NCBI GenBank assembly: GCA_964390875.1
Contig: CAYMIO010000001.1
Span: 49,875-105,003 of the forward strand
Direction of reading: 5' to 3'
Length of the DNA stretch: 55,129 bases
From: an uncultured Candidatus Saccharibacteria bacterium
GTDB lineage: Bacteria; Patescibacteriota; Minisyncoccia; Phycocordibacterales; UBA9973
The translations under genes and the position numbers were made by a program. Shown here in pieces: positions 35,696 through 46,464 of the stretch. Under the pieces are notes generated by a model. The model had not been told where the DNA came from. It did no database searches and saw nothing but the letters and a program-made list of their open reading frames with translations. Each line of letters opens with the position of its first letter. Position 1 is the first letter of the stretch.

Positions 35696-38600
35696 ATGAT
35701 TTTTCCTCGACAAAAAATTGCGAGTCTTTTTTCTTTACACCTCCTTTTTCTGGTGATTCTTTTCAGTGTCTTTGGTGTGTTTACTCGCGACCTTGAAGCT
35801 GCGGCTGGTGTTCCGAAAATCATCAACTTCCAAGGACGACTGCTCGACTCGAGTGGAAACCTTCTCGGTGGTTCAGGGGGAACCAACTATTGTTATCGTT
35901 TTGCACTCTTCGATGATCCTGTTGTAGGACAAGGAACAAAGCTGTGGCCCGCAGGTACACCAACCACCAACACGATATCCACTCGGCTTGGTGTCTTCGA
36001 TGCATACATTGGTGTAGCAGATGCGCTCGACTACAATTTCCAAGATAATGATTCTGTATTCGTGAATGTGGAAGTCGCTGCACAGGTAGCGAACTCTTGT
36101 GTCGGTGTGAGTTTTGAAACACTTGGCCCTCGTCCTCGTGTCGTGTCATCGGCGTATGCTATCAACTCAGGAGCAGTCGGCGGATTCATTCCTTCTCAGT
36201 CTGCAACCAACAACGACATCCCAGTGCTCACATCCGGCGCCCTTATTCTCGGGCACAGTACGCCTGGCATCAGAGCAACAGGTTCCAATGCGCTCACATT
36301 TCAAAGTGGCGTCACTGGCGACATTCAATTTTTTGGTTCATCAAATAAAATAACTTCAAGTGGTGCGCTCACTATCGCCGGTACACTCACGGCAGGTTCA
36401 GGGTCGGAAGTACTCACTCTTGCGTCAGGAAAAATCGACGCCGATGCGCTGACTCTGATAGGTAGTGGAACAACGGGTTCTTCTTCGAGTCGTTCAGGTC
36501 TTCAAACGACCAGCGATGGACTTGGTCTTTTGCAAGGGTGTACCGACGGACAACTTCTCGAATGGACAGATGCTGGCGGATGGGCATGTGCCAATGACGA
36601 CACAGGTGGTGGCGGTTCGACGCTTCAGTCCGGATACGGCGCTGATGTTGATGGCAGTGATGTGACTATTTCTCTGACTTCAGCTGACGACTCTCTCATT
36701 TTCACAAATCCTGCTTCATCAGGTACCGACAGTGGTTTTCTTGCGCAGTTCAATCAAGCAAACACTACTGCTAATGTCACCGCACTCGATGTTGTGCAGC
36801 TCAGTAGTAACGCTGATGGTATTTCTCTTTTGAATGACAATACCCTCAACACAGGAACAGCGCTGGTGGTCAACCACTACGGTGCAGGTGTTGGCAATTT
36901 GGCAATGCGTATAAACGACGTAGTGGGTGACACAACACCACTTATCGTGGACGGTGACGGAAGACTTGGTATTGGTACGACGACCATCGAAGGAACAACA
37001 GAGCGATTGCTTCAAGTGGGTTCGCCGACACAAAGAGGTAACTCTACTACGTATGGTGAAGTTACCACTAAAGGCTTGACTGATATCACTGAACTCACCA
37101 ATATCCAAGATACCTTTTTGTACGACACCACCGCCGACAGTGACGGTGGTCGCTGGATCGACTGGGCAACCACCGACCAGCTTTCGTGGTATACCGAAAG
37201 TCTTGATGACAGTCCGAGTGACCCATGCAACATTACCACCGACGATCGTTGTTATTCAGCGAGTTTTCCTCGAAAGGCGCTCCTTGTTGTCACAACGGAC
37301 GCACTCTATATATATGATGCGACCAATAACGTGATGTGGATGAAGTTTACGCAGAACGCTGATGGATACGCGCTCGGTGTAGATACCAACAACGACCCTT
37401 CAAGTGTGACTGCACAAAACGGTGTGATCTACGTGGGTGCCAAAGGTACGGCTTCGGGTGGCTTGTATGCCTTCGATTTCGTGAATGACCGCATGTGGAA
37501 TTACAATGCCACAAACCGCGCTTCAGCAAACGTGGGAATAGGCGGTAGAAACAGTGCTGTCACATATGGAAGTGATGTGAATGCAAAACTTCAGCTTGAC
37601 CCAGTAGGTACCTCAGCTGAATGGATGAACGTGAACGATGTTTCTGCTACGGTGATCAACGGAAGTTTTACGGCTATTACTATCGGTGCTACTACCAATC
37701 TTTCTCCTCAAAACGGTATTACGTTTGTTGCTCTTGCTACCGACTCAGGTCTGACCCTCATTAACATCCCTGCTCAAAGACTCGTGCAATATTCGGATGT
37801 GACAGCCGACGACTATACCGCTGTGCATATCGATAGGACGGGATATCTTTATGGACTCAACACTACACAAGATCAGCTTGAACGTTGGGATAACGTCGAT
37901 ACCGACAAAGCATCTGAAGTGAACGGCGCGTTCAACGCAAAATGGGATGAAACGCAAGCAACTGGTCCGCAAATTGCGTCAGGTGTTTTCAATATATTAC
38001 CCAATGCACCTGACGCACTTGAAGTTGTTTCAAAAGGATCCGTTGCTGATAACGGTAGGTCAAACTTGATTTACGTCGGTCACAGTCTTGGTCTTGCTGA
38101 ACTTCACGACCACACTACACAGCTTTTTGGTCTTTCAAAACTTTTCAATACAACAAAACAAACGATGCTCATGAGTGGTCTCATCGACATGGCACTTATG
38201 ATGGATGATACGTCGGGTACACTCGCGCAAGATCAAGGTGTTGCAAATACCGATATGACAATTAAAGGGTCTCCTACGCTTGCGGTGAGTGGTGTACGTG
38301 GAAAAGCAATTCAATTTGATAATACGGATGATTACTTGTGTTCTGATGCCAATCAAGATGGAACATGCGATGTTGATACCGCGTTTAACATGAGCACCGT
38401 GGGTTGGACGCTCGGTATGTGGTTTAAACACTCCACCACAACTCCTAGTGCTCCACAAATCTTGTTTGAAAAGTGTGTGACTGCAGTACCTGCGCAAGCC
38501 GTGGGTTGTGTTGCTGCATATATGACAACGACTGGAACAATTGTCACTGCGATTGATGATGATGCCACGTGGACGAGAGGATCTTCATATGATCTTACAT

Positions 38601-41164
38601 CAACATCTTCAATAACCTATAACGACGATAAGTGGCACTATCTCGTTCTTTCCCGTACGAATGCAAATGATATGGATGCGTATCTTGATGGTAGTCCGCT
38701 CAACTTAAGTAATGCCACAGGTCTCACAACGACCGTGGATGGGAGTCAGATTGTAACCATAGGAGGTGGATGTAGTACAACAACGGGCGCCAATTGTGCT
38801 GCTGCAAACATAGGAAATGTATGGGATGGTGCTATCGACGATGTGACATTCCAAGTAGGAACAACCACACAAGCAACACTCACTCCAGCCCAAGTTCGTG
38901 CGTGGTATAACGATGCTCGTCCACTGGTAAGTAAGCGTGTGATCACTGTAGATAATGCCACTGCAGGAACATCAACAACAATTGAAGATACCGGTGAGTC
39001 GTGGATCCCCAATGAGTTTGCTGGACTGCATGTGACTATTACCGGCGGCACTGGTGCAGGTCAAACACGCCGTGTTATTTCTAATACCACAAATACTCTC
39101 ACTGTTTCTCCTGCGTGGTCTACGACTCCGGACACAACAAGTGATTTTGAAGTTGATCCTGAAGCGCTTTATGGTGCAAGTAATTCTGTCTACGCTATCG
39201 GTATCACTGCCGAAGCGCCGCTTGGTGAAGCACGCCAAATGTGTGTGGGTACGAATGATGGCTCTGATGGTGGTGGTGTTACGTGCTACAACCACCAAGC
39301 GGGTCCAAGCGTGATCGCTGAGATTTATCATAGCGACACTGAACAGACCGATGACTACGGTGTTGAGTGGACTGGTGCCGACTACGATGATATTCGCTCT
39401 ATTGACCTTTCTGGTCGTGCACTCATCATTGCGAGTGAGGCACACTTTTTGACTGAAACATCCGACGTGCGACTTGGGCAAGGTTTGGATTATCTTGCAA
39501 ACCAACTTTTCAATATTAGATCTGAAATACTCACCGACGGTATTGCGGTTACAGGTTCGCTCGGTTTTGAAGTGGGCTTCGTGGGAGGTGCCGACTTGGC
39601 TGAATATTACTATTCAAATACACCGCTGGTTCCAGGAGATGTGGTGGCGATAGAACCTGTTCAGCCCGCTGGTATCACGACATCAAAAACACCATATCAA
39701 GACAACCTCCTTGGTGTTGTATCTACGCAGCCAGGACTTATTCTTGGTCCTATCGCAGAAAATGCATACGCTATTGCTCTTGCGGGACGTATTCCGGTGA
39801 AGGTCACAACAGAAAATGGTCCAATACATGTAGGAGACCAGCTGACCTCATCGAGTCGGGAAGGGTTTGCGATGAAAGCCACCAAAGCTGGTGCAGTACT
39901 TGGTCGGGTGATCAACGAACCAAGTGGAATGGTTTCGTGTAGTGAACCGCTTCCACCTATTGAAGATGCGATAGGTAATGGTCCTGGTGTTGTGGGTATC
40001 CCCGATGAGCGAGGTGTTGTTGATATTATCAATACTGCGCTCGAAGAAAGAAATGTTGGCACACTCGAAAGTTCTCATTTGAAAACGCAAGAAGAGAGCG
40101 ACGAAGGTCCGTTGTGCGGATACGCGATGTTGTTTGTCGGTCTTGGAGAAACGCTTGGTGAAAATATTAGTTTGCTTGCAGAGCGACATGCGGAGCGCAT
40201 GGAAGCACTTCCTATCGTAGAAGGACTACTCGTGAGTGGTGTTGGGGATTCTATCGATGATGAACAAGAATCGATCATGGATTTCCTTCGTTCTGTCAAA
40301 GAAACTGCAGTAGAATCTTCTCTTTCATATGAAAGTATTTTTACCGATCGTATTGCCGCTGCAGTTGATATTCTGACGCCGTCACTCTATGCAGATGAAG
40401 TGATAACCGGAAAGATCCGCGTGCCAGTAGGGAAGGAGCTTGCATTCGATGGCCTCACGGTATTTGGTGGAGGTGCTCGATTCGCTGGTACGGTTCAGTT
40501 TGGTGCGCAGACAGAATTCTTGATGCCACCACTTTTCAACAAAGACACTGCTGGCTTTGCGATCATCAAAGAAGGAGATACTCGAGTGCGTGTGAAATTT
40601 GATGTGCCGTATGCGACAACTCCTGTTGTGAGCGCTTCGATGACATTTGAAGCGATAGATAATATCGACGCTATCGATCTTGCAGGATTGTTCGAAGAAC
40701 AATATCGATTTGTTGTATACAACAAAGATGTCGATGGTTTCACTATCGAGCTCAATAAACCCGCAACGCTCAACATTCGTTTTTCATGGGTTGCGCTTGG
40801 TGTGAAAGACGCAGCCGTGTTTGAAAGTGTGTTCGATGGGCTCATTATCGGTACACCGGAAACAGAAGAAGAGACACAAGGTGACGAACCCGCTGCTCAA
40901 ACTTCAGAAGAATCCGATCCACCACTTCCCGAAGAACTTGCCGAAGAATTTTTCATTGAAGTGATCGATGTGAACGACGCTGTCCCACCTGTTTCTATCA
41001 GCACAGAAGAGGGTAGTGTGAGCGAAGAAACAGTAGAACCTGATCCAGCAGAAGAAGAACCTCAAACTGTTTCTCAAGAAGAAGCGCCTGCTGATTCTTC
41101 AGATGAAAGTGAAGCAGAGCCTGCTTCTTCTTCATCAGAGCCGGTCGTTTCTGGGGAGTTTTAA
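35696..41164 (+). CDS. giant (1822 aa) surface protein: N-terminal signal/anchor, LamG-like domain, H-type-lectin-like domain, acidic tail
   Basis: The N-terminal helix [19 protein letters not shown] is followed by [16 protein letters not shown]. LamG_3-like region at about 38255-38910 ([13 protein letters not shown]...WTLGMWFK...[10 protein letters not shown]...LDGSPLN...[10 protein letters not shown]). H_lectin-like region at about 40575-40805 ([13 protein letters not shown]...DGFTIEL...FSWVALG). Glu/Pro/Ser-rich C-terminus. Confidence 0.85.
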   Translation: MIFPRQKIASLFSLHLLFLVILFSVFGVFTRDLEAAAGVPKIINFQGRLLDSSGNLLGGSGGTNYCYRFALFDDPVVGQGTKLWPAGTPTTNTISTRLGVFDAYIGVADALDYNFQDNDSVFVNVEVAAQVANSCVGVSFETLGPRPRVVSSAYAINSGAVGGFIPSQSATNNDIPVLTSGALILGHSTPGIRATGSNALTFQSGVTGDIQFFGSSNKITSSGALTIAGTLTAGSGSEVLTLASGKIDADALTLIGSGTTGSSSSRSGLQTTSDGLGLLQGCTDGQLLEWTDAGGWACANDDTGGGGSTLQSGYGADVDGSDVTISLTSADDSLIFTNPASSGTDSGFLAQFNQANTTANVTALDVVQLSSNADGISLLNDNTLNTGTALVVNHYGAGVGNLAMRINDVVGDTTPLIVDGDGRLGIGTTTIEGTTERLLQVGSPTQRGNSTTYGEVTTKGLTDITELTNIQDTFLYDTTADSDGGRWIDWATTDQLSWYTESLDDSPSDPCNITTDDRCYSASFPRKALLVVTTDALYIYDATNNVMWMKFTQNADGYALGVDTNNDPSSVTAQNGVIYVGAKGTASGGLYAFDFVNDRMWNYNATNRASANVGIGGRNSAVTYGSDVNAKLQLDPVGTSAEWMNVNDVSATVINGSFTAITIGATTNLSPQNGITFVALATDSGLTLINIPAQRLVQYSDVTADDYTAVHIDRTGYLYGLNTTQDQLERWDNVDTDKASEVNGAFNAKWDETQATGPQIASGVFNILPNAPDALEVVSKGSVADNGRSNLIYVGHSLGLAELHDHTTQLFGLSKLFNTTKQTMLMSGLIDMALMMDDTSGTLAQDQGVANTDMTIKGSPTLAVSGVRGKAIQFDNTDDYLCSDANQDGTCDVDTAFNMSTVGWTLGMWFKHSTTTPSAPQILFEKCVTAVPAQAVGCVAAYMTTTGTIVTAIDDDATWTRGSSYDLTSTSSITYNDDKWHYLVLSRTNANDMDAYLDGSPLNLSNATGLTTTVDGSQIVTIGGGCSTTTGANCAAANIGNVWDGAIDDVTFQVGTTTQATLTPAQVRAWYNDARPLVSKRVITVDNATAGTSTTIEDTGESWIPNEFAGLHVTITGGTGAGQTRRVISNTTNTLTVSPAWSTTPDTTSDFEVDPEALYGASNSVYAIGITAEAPLGEARQMCVGTNDGSDGGGVTCYNHQAGPSVIAEIYHSDTEQTDDYGVEWTGADYDDIRSIDLSGRALIIASEAHFLTETSDVRLGQGLDYLANQLFNIRSEILTDGIAVTGSLGFEVGFVGGADLAEYYYSNTPLVPGDVVAIEPVQPAGITTSKTPYQDNLLGVVSTQPGLILGPIAENAYAIALAGRIPVKVTTENGPIHVGDQLTSSSREGFAMKATKAGAVLGRVINEPSGMVSCSEPLPPIEDAIGNGPGVVGIPDERGVVDIINTALEERNVGTLESSHLKTQEESDEGPLCGYAMLFVGLGETLGENISLLAERHAERMEALPIVEGLLVSGVGDSIDDEQESIMDFLRSVKETAVESSLSYESIFTDRIAAAVDILTPSLYADEVITGKIRVPVGKELAFDGLTVFGGGARFAGTVQFGAQTEFLMPPLFNKDTAGFAIIKEGDTRVRVKFDVPYATTPVVSASMTFEAIDNIDAIDLAGLFEEQYRFVVYNKDVDGFTIELNKPATLNIRFSWVALGVKDAAVFESVFDGLIIGTPETEEETQGDEPAAQTSEESDPPLPEELAEEFFIEVIDVNDAVPPVSISTEEGSVSEETVEPDPAEEEPQTVSQEEAPADSSDESEAEPASSSSEPVVSGEF

Positions 41165-41242
41165 AGAAATACACATGAGTGGCCGTTTCGGTATGCTATA
41201 CTAGCGGTTGTTGTTATTTATTATCTATAATGTACATATTGT

Positions 41243-41656
41243 ATGGTGTTATCTAGAAGTTTTGTATACAAATTGCTGCTTATCTTAGTGATACTTCTCG
41301 CGGGAACGTCTGTTTTTTTCTACAATAAATTTTCTAGCCTCAAAGCAAATCCCTCAAAAGCGGAAGAAGCTGAAGTCGAACGTCTTGTGGCGGTTATTGG
41401 TGAGCATATTGTGTTGCCAAAAGATGAAACTCCCACCGTGGCTACTGTGGCAGATCCTGATGCGCTCAAAGGCCAATCTTTCTTTGTTGATGCAAAGAAA
41501 GGAGACAAAGTTTTGATTTACACCAATGCAAAGAAGGCAATCCTCTATGATCCCACGGTAGACAAAATCATCACTGTGGCTCCACTGACTATCGGTGACT
41601 CACCGACCAATGCGGTAACACGAGAAGATATAGAAAAAGGAGAAGAAGAAAACTAA
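41243..41656 (+). CDS. small N-terminally anchored protein (137 aa)
   Basis: One TM helix (LLLILVILLAGTSVFFY) plus a ~100-aa extracytoplasmic domain. Sits 15 nt upstream of the next gene. Confidence 0.6.
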   Translation: MVLSRSFVYKLLLILVILLAGTSVFFYNKFSSLKANPSKAEEAEVERLVAVIGEHIVLPKDETPTVATVADPDALKGQSFFVDAKKGDKVLIYTNAKKAILYDPTVDKIITVAPLTIGDSPTNAVTREDIEKGEEEN

Positions 41657-41671
41657 TAGCGTCTGGAAAGT

Positions 41672-42421
41672 ATGAACAATCCAGTGATTGCTTTGAAATA
41701 CATATTCGCACTCACACTGTTCTTCGTGGTTTCTGGTGCTGTCTTGGCTGCTGACCTTACGAGTGGAAGTTTTATTATTCGCGATCCGGTACTTGGTACA
41801 GGAAGTGGATATAGTTCTTCGGCTTCGTTTAGTGTACAGGGAAGCGGTAATCTCAATACCCAAGGATATGGTTCTTCAGCAAGCTTTATCGGAGAATATG
41901 GATTTTTATATTACCAGGCTCCTGTCGTGAGCCAGAGTATAACCTTCGAACTTTCTGATAGCACGCTCGCCTTCGGCTCGCTCTCATCTTCATCACCACG
42001 CTTTGCCACAGGCACGAGTGGATCGGGCACCGACAGTGTAGCGCATACTATTGTTATTGAAACGACTGCGCCCAGTGGATACTCTCTTCGATACACAGGA
42101 CTTCCGTTTTCATCGGGAGCAAGTGTTATCGATGCAGCTACTATTGTGAATGATGAGGATGGAACATCGGGTGTTGAGCAGTTTGGCATCAGTGCTTCTG
42201 TTTCCGACGATGCTGACGTTGCGGTCGGGTACGACCACAACGCTACACCCGCGAATAGAGATTGGAAATTTGTCGCTAACACTCCTGTAACGATTGTTTC
42301 AGAAGATGGTCAGACAGCGGCAGAAACGATCAATCTTTATTATCTTGCAAATATCGCAGCAAGTACTCCTGCTGGACAGTACGCTACAGAAATTACATAT
42401 ACGGTTACAGGTAATTTTTAA
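41672..42421 (+). CDS. secreted subunit with a WxL-like C-terminal module (Tyr-for-Trp variant)
   Basis: Signal peptide (VLA-AD). The C-terminal ~160 aa align by eye to the next gene: SITF..FG.LS..AHT..V.T.A..GY.L.Y.G...GT.G.EQF.IS...GYD...DW.FV...YLANIAA.T.AG.Y...ITY.VTGNF-stop. Confidence 0.7.
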   Translation: MNNPVIALKYIFALTLFFVVSGAVLAADLTSGSFIIRDPVLGTGSGYSSSASFSVQGSGNLNTQGYGSSASFIGEYGFLYYQAPVVSQSITFELSDSTLAFGSLSSSSPRFATGTSGSGTDSVAHTIVIETTAPSGYSLRYTGLPFSSGASVIDAATIVNDEDGTSGVEQFGISASVSDDADVAVGYDHNATPANRDWKFVANTPVTIVSEDGQTAAETINLYYLANIAASTPAGQYATEITYTVTGNF

Positions 42422-42536
42422 CGATATAATAGAAAGATATCCACATAAATCAGCCTCACAAGAGCGCTTCGGCCACCTTTTTGTGATAAGATGTACTTTA
42501 TAAGACTATTATTTATTTATATATTGTTTCCAAATT

Positions 42537-43604
42537 ATGTTTAAAAAAATCGTGAGTGGTGCGCTTGTAATACTGTTTGTGTGTGTGGTTAGTGGTATCC
42601 CGCAGGTTCTTTTCGCTGCTTCACTCACAGCACTTTCAGATACGATGTCCGACCAAAATGCGAGCGCTGCATCAAGTCACACTATCCGATTTACTACACC
42701 AACTGGAGCATCAGACAACACTGACACTATCATCATCACATTTCCTTCGGACTTTAACTTCACATCAAAGACTATTGGCTCAGTGTCTTTCACTCACGGA
42801 TCAACCACTGGTGCTGAAACAACAGAGACACTCGCATCGAGTGCCACTGGTAGTGCATGGGGTGCTGCGTTCTCAGGTACACAAAACCGTGTACTCACGC
42901 TCACTGCTCCAACCGATGGTGTCGGTGCAGCATCACTTGCAGCAAGCGACAAGGTTATCATCACGTACGATTCAACCAACTCCCTAAACCCAAGCTCAAC
43001 AGGTAGCTTCACCATAGCTATTACTGGTTCGTTTGGAGATACTGGTAACATTGCGATTCCTATCGTAGCTGGTGGTGCTGGTGACGACAGTGTGGCTATT
43101 ACTGCTAACGTAGATCCTTCCATCACATTTACAAACGATGACGCTGCTATTGGTTTTGGAACACTGTCAGCTTCAGCCGCAACCTACGCTAATGCAGGAG
43201 CGACTGGCTCAAGTTCAGATACTACAGCACACACGATGACTGTAGGTACGAACGCAGCTGGTGGATACACCATTACATACTCGGGAGCAACACTTACATC
43301 GGGTGGAAATACTATCACTGCTATTAACGCTGGTATAACTGATGACGCAAACGGTACTCCAGGTAGTGAACAGTTTGCTATCAGTGGTGCTCTTACCGGA
43401 ACAGGTTCTATGGCTTCAGGATACGACAACTCAGGTACTGCTGACTGGCGTTTTGTTCCAAGTACAACAACAACACTTGCTTCACATACTGGTGTTGTTT
43501 CTTCAGACAGCATTGCTATGCACTATCTTGCGAATATCGCAGCAAACACTGAAGCTGGTTCGTACTCAAATACCATTACCTATATCGCAACCGGTAACTT
43601 CTAG
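42537..43604 (+). CDS. secreted subunit, paralog of the previous gene (same C-terminal module plus an extra N-terminal beta-rich domain)
   Basis: Signal peptide (LFA-AS). Ends ...HYLANIAANTEAGSYSNTITYIATGNF. Thr/Ser/Gly/Ala-rich. Confidence 0.7.
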   Translation: MFKKIVSGALVILFVCVVSGIPQVLFAASLTALSDTMSDQNASAASSHTIRFTTPTGASDNTDTIIITFPSDFNFTSKTIGSVSFTHGSTTGAETTETLASSATGSAWGAAFSGTQNRVLTLTAPTDGVGAASLAASDKVIITYDSTNSLNPSSTGSFTIAITGSFGDTGNIAIPIVAGGAGDDSVAITANVDPSITFTNDDAAIGFGTLSASAATYANAGATGSSSDTTAHTMTVGTNAAGGYTITYSGATLTSGGNTITAINAGITDDANGTPGSEQFAISGALTGTGSMASGYDNSGTADWRFVPSTTTTLASHTGVVSSDSIAMHYLANIAANTEAGSYSNTITYIATGNF

Positions 43605-43615
43605 CGAGACCCACA

Positions 43616-44635
43616 ATGCAAAAAGGATTGCTTTATTACATACAGCGCGCTGTCCTACTCTCACTCTTTTTTCTCGCTCTTCCGTTTGGAGCACACGCGC
43701 TGACGCTCACACCTGTACGCCATGAACTTCGCGGAGATCCCGGTGAGACTATTCGTGAGACGGTAACTCTCATCAACGAGAAGTCTACAGGCGAAACATT
43801 CTATACATCATTTGCAAATTTTGAAGCAGAAGGTGAGAGTGGTAGTCCTAGTTTTGTTGAACCAATAGAAGGTGTGGGAACATGGATCGTCACCAACTCT
43901 TCGGTTTATGTAGCTCCTAATAGTTCAAAAGAAGTTGAATTGTCTATTACGATTCCAAAGAGCGCAAATCCTGGAGGATATTTCGGCGCTGTCTTTTTTG
44001 GAACATCTCCTTCTTCTTCAGCTGGTGAAGTCGCTATCGGTTCCAAGATTGGTGTACTCGTACTTCTCACTGTTAATGGTGAAGTAAGTAAAGATGGAGG
44101 TGTCCTTGAATTTGCGACGAAAGATATGCAGAAATGGTACACAGCGCTCCCTGTCCCACTGTACTATCGTTTTCAAAATGCCGGAGGCGACCGTATAAAA
44201 CCAGAAGGTGAAATTCTTGTACGCAACCTTATCGGTTTAATCGCTGCTCGCATTCCTGCCAACCAAGTCCAGGGAAACATTCTCCCAAGTTCAACTCGAA
44301 GGTTTGAAGTGCTCTGGCAATCAAAACATGGAAGCTCTGAACCTCACGAAGGAGGATTGGGCTTTTTCCAAGCAGTGTCATACCAGTGGAACAATTTTGC
44401 GTTTGGAAGGTATGTGGCGCACCTTGATCTGACTCATTCAGGAAATGAGTTACACCACAAAGCAAAGTATTCGTTCTGGGTATTTCCATGGCAGCTCTTG
44501 ATCGTTGTTGGTGTGGGCCTACTCGTTTTCGTGACTCTTCTTAGAAAAGGTCTTGCGCGCTACAACGCGTGGATTATTAAGAAAGCACGAATCTCACTTG
44601 ATACCACTCATCAAAACAACAGCAAAGAAAAGTAA
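43616..44635 (+). CDS. CscA-like protein (DUF916/DUF3324-like, i.e. WxL-interacting-protein architecture) with a C-terminal TM anchor
   Basis: Signal peptide (AHA-LT). LTLTPVRHEL..GETIRETVTLINEKS, VAPNSSKEVELSITIPKSANPGGYFGAVFF, GVLVLLTVNGEV, ILPSSTRRFEV. The C-terminal helix LLIVVGVGLLVFVTLL is followed by a basic tail. Sits 11 nt after the previous gene. Confidence 0.65.
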   Translation: MQKGLLYYIQRAVLLSLFFLALPFGAHALTLTPVRHELRGDPGETIRETVTLINEKSTGETFYTSFANFEAEGESGSPSFVEPIEGVGTWIVTNSSVYVAPNSSKEVELSITIPKSANPGGYFGAVFFGTSPSSSAGEVAIGSKIGVLVLLTVNGEVSKDGGVLEFATKDMQKWYTALPVPLYYRFQNAGGDRIKPEGEILVRNLIGLIAARIPANQVQGNILPSSTRRFEVLWQSKHGSSEPHEGGLGFFQAVSYQWNNFAFGRYVAHLDLTHSGNELHHKAKYSFWVFPWQLLIVVGVGLLVFVTLLRKGLARYNAWIIKKARISLDTTHQNNSKEK

Positions 44636-45575
44636 ATCTGCGTGGACAGTATTCTTTTTCCATACAGGAGCTTTTCTTGTACTCGTGTCGCTATTTTGCG
44701 GACCTGTTTCTTCGCATGTGGTGAATGCGGCAGCTGAAAGTGTTTCTATTCAAGCCATCGTGTCTGGAGCTCCGGAAGAAGAACCATCTGGTGGGGGAGG
44801 TGGCGGAGGAAGTCCGTCTCCTTCGGAAGAAACAGAAGATGAGATTGTCGTTCCCCCATCTTCGGTGTTTTTTTCAGGAGTTGCGTATCCTGAAGCGTCA
44901 GTCTTCCTTCTCAAAAACGGCCAGCAGGCAGAAAAAACAATAGCGCGTACTGACGCTGCGTTTTCAATACTGTTACCCGATCTTACTCCAGGGTCATATA
45001 CCTTTTCGGTTGTTGCCGAAGATGCCAATGGGCGCCGTTCTACGCTGCGCACGTTTCCGATTCGCGTTTCAGAAAATGTGGCGACGACGATCTCTGATAT
45101 TTTGATCTCACCTACAGTGTATGTGAATCTTTCTTCTGTGGTCAAAGGAGAACCACTTGTTGTTTCAGGGTACGGAGCTCCGCTGGCATCTGTGGTACTC
45201 ACTCTGCGCTCCGCTGTTTCATCTTTTTTCTCTCTTCCCACTACCGTGAGTGGAGAATATACTACAACGCTTGATACCGCAGTTTTGCCGCTCGGAAGTT
45301 ACCAAGCATCAGCGCATACTCTTTTTGCTGATGAAAGTGAGAGTCCGGAAAGTGCACTTATATCTTTTTCTATAAATGACCAAGAACTTCCGTTTCCTGA
45401 AGAAACATACACACCTGCTGATATCAACTACGACATGCGAGTGAACCTTGTTGATTTTTCAATTCTCGCGTATTGGTATAACAAAGACGTTCCACCAGCA
45501 AAAGTCGATTTGAATGGCGATGGACGTGTCACGATTACTGATTTTAGTATGCTTGCGTATGCGTGGACAGGATAA
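44553..45575 (+). CDS. secreted protein with two Ig-like repeats and a C-terminal dockerin-like module
   Basis: Signal peptide (VNA-AAE) and a poly-Gly linker. The C-terminus DINYDMRVNLVDFSILAYWY...DLNGDGRVTITDFSMLAYAW forms the two dockerin Ca-binding segments. The start is uncertain (ATG 44553 or in-frame TTG 44598). Both overlap the upstream gene. Confidence 0.7.
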   Translation: MRATTRGLLRKHESHLIPLIKTTAKKSKSAWTVFFFHTGAFLVLVSLFCGPVSSHVVNAAAESVSIQAIVSGAPEEEPSGGGGGGGSPSPSEETEDEIVVPPSSVFFSGVAYPEASVFLLKNGQQAEKTIARTDAAFSILLPDLTPGSYTFSVVAEDANGRRSTLRTFPIRVSENVATTISDILISPTVYVNLSSVVKGEPLVVSGYGAPLASVVLTLRSAVSSFFSLPTTVSGEYTTTLDTAVLPLGSYQASAHTLFADESESPESALISFSINDQELPFPEETYTPADINYDMRVNLVDFSILAYWYNKDVPPAKVDLNGDGRVTITDFSMLAYAWTG

Positions 45576-46464
45576 AAAATGGTTTTTTGCTGTTAGTGTT
45601 GTGTGTGCTCTTGTATTGTCGCCAGGGTCTCTTTTTGCTGCGCGAGTCTATTTTGAATCAGGACGTCCCGCGCACACTTCTTCATCTGAACTGCGGTATG
45701 TGGATGTGATGCTCGATACTGAAGGTGTCCCTGTAAACGCAGTATCTCTTGAAGTTGAATTTGATGATGAGGCTCTTTCTTTTGTCTCTTCACAACACGA
45801 CGATAGTATAGTGACTTCGTGGTTTGTTGCACCACAAGTAAATGGTAATCACGTTGTTCTTTCGGGAATCATGGCGGGAGGTTTTGATGCAGTGATCGAT
45901 CCTGTCTCAAAAGAATTACTCCCTGGTCGTATTGCTCGTCTTATGTTTTCGTCGCAGAAGGAGGTGGAGACCGTACTTTCTTTTACTGAAGCATCGCTGG
46001 CCCTTCATGATGGCCAAGGCACACCAGAGATTCCTAAAACAGAATCAATCCGACTCTTAAGCGGAAGCGATGTTCCACCATCAGATACATTGCCAGTTGA
46101 TACTGATCCGCCAGAAGTATTTATTCCGATGGTTGGCAAGGACGCTGCACTTTTTGATGGAAAGTATTTTCTTGTGTTTGAAACCAAAGACCGCGGTTCA
46201 GGTGTTGCGTACTATGAAGTGAAAGAAGGTCGTGGTGTGTGGCAACGCGCAGTGAGCCCGTACGAAATTCAGGACCAGACTCTTCGCAAGCAGCTCTTTG
46301 TGAAGGCAGTGGATGTTGAGGGCAATGTTCTCACTGTTAAAACGTTTGAACGAGATTTGTACCTCACATGGGTTGCTATTGTAATAGGCGGCGGCGCTCT
46401 TTTAGGTATCGTGTTTCTTCGCGTATTGAAAAAACGCATGAATCCGACTATACTACATCAATGA
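45559..46464 (+). CDS. membrane-anchored cohesin-like protein 1
   Basis: Signal peptide. Cohesin-like segment VDVMLDTEGVPVNAVSLEVEFDDEALSFVSS...VVLSGIMAGG...ARLMFSS. C-terminal TM helix WVAIVIGGGALLGIVFL followed by RVLKKR. Overlaps the upstream stop by 17 nt. Confidence 0.65.
   Translation: MRGQDKKWFFAVSVVCALVLSPGSLFAARVYFESGRPAHTSSSELRYVDVMLDTEGVPVNAVSLEVEFDDEALSFVSSQHDDSIVTSWFVAPQVNGNHVVLSGIMAGGFDAVIDPVSKELLPGRIARLMFSSQKEVETVLSFTEASLALHDGQGTPEIPKTESIRLLSGSDVPPSDTLPVDTDPPEVFIPMVGKDAALFDGKYFLVFETKDRGSGVAYYEVKEGRGVWQRAVSPYEIQDQTLRKQLFVKAVDVEGNVLTVKTFERDLYLTWVAIVIGGGALLGIVFLRVLKKRMNPTILHQ

Noticed and set aside
42437-42445. A DnaA-box-like 9-mer ATATCCACA between the two WxL-like genes.
   Set aside because: It matches the consensus at 8 of 9 positions, is isolated, and is not in an AT-rich context. 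It is expected by chance in 55 kb.
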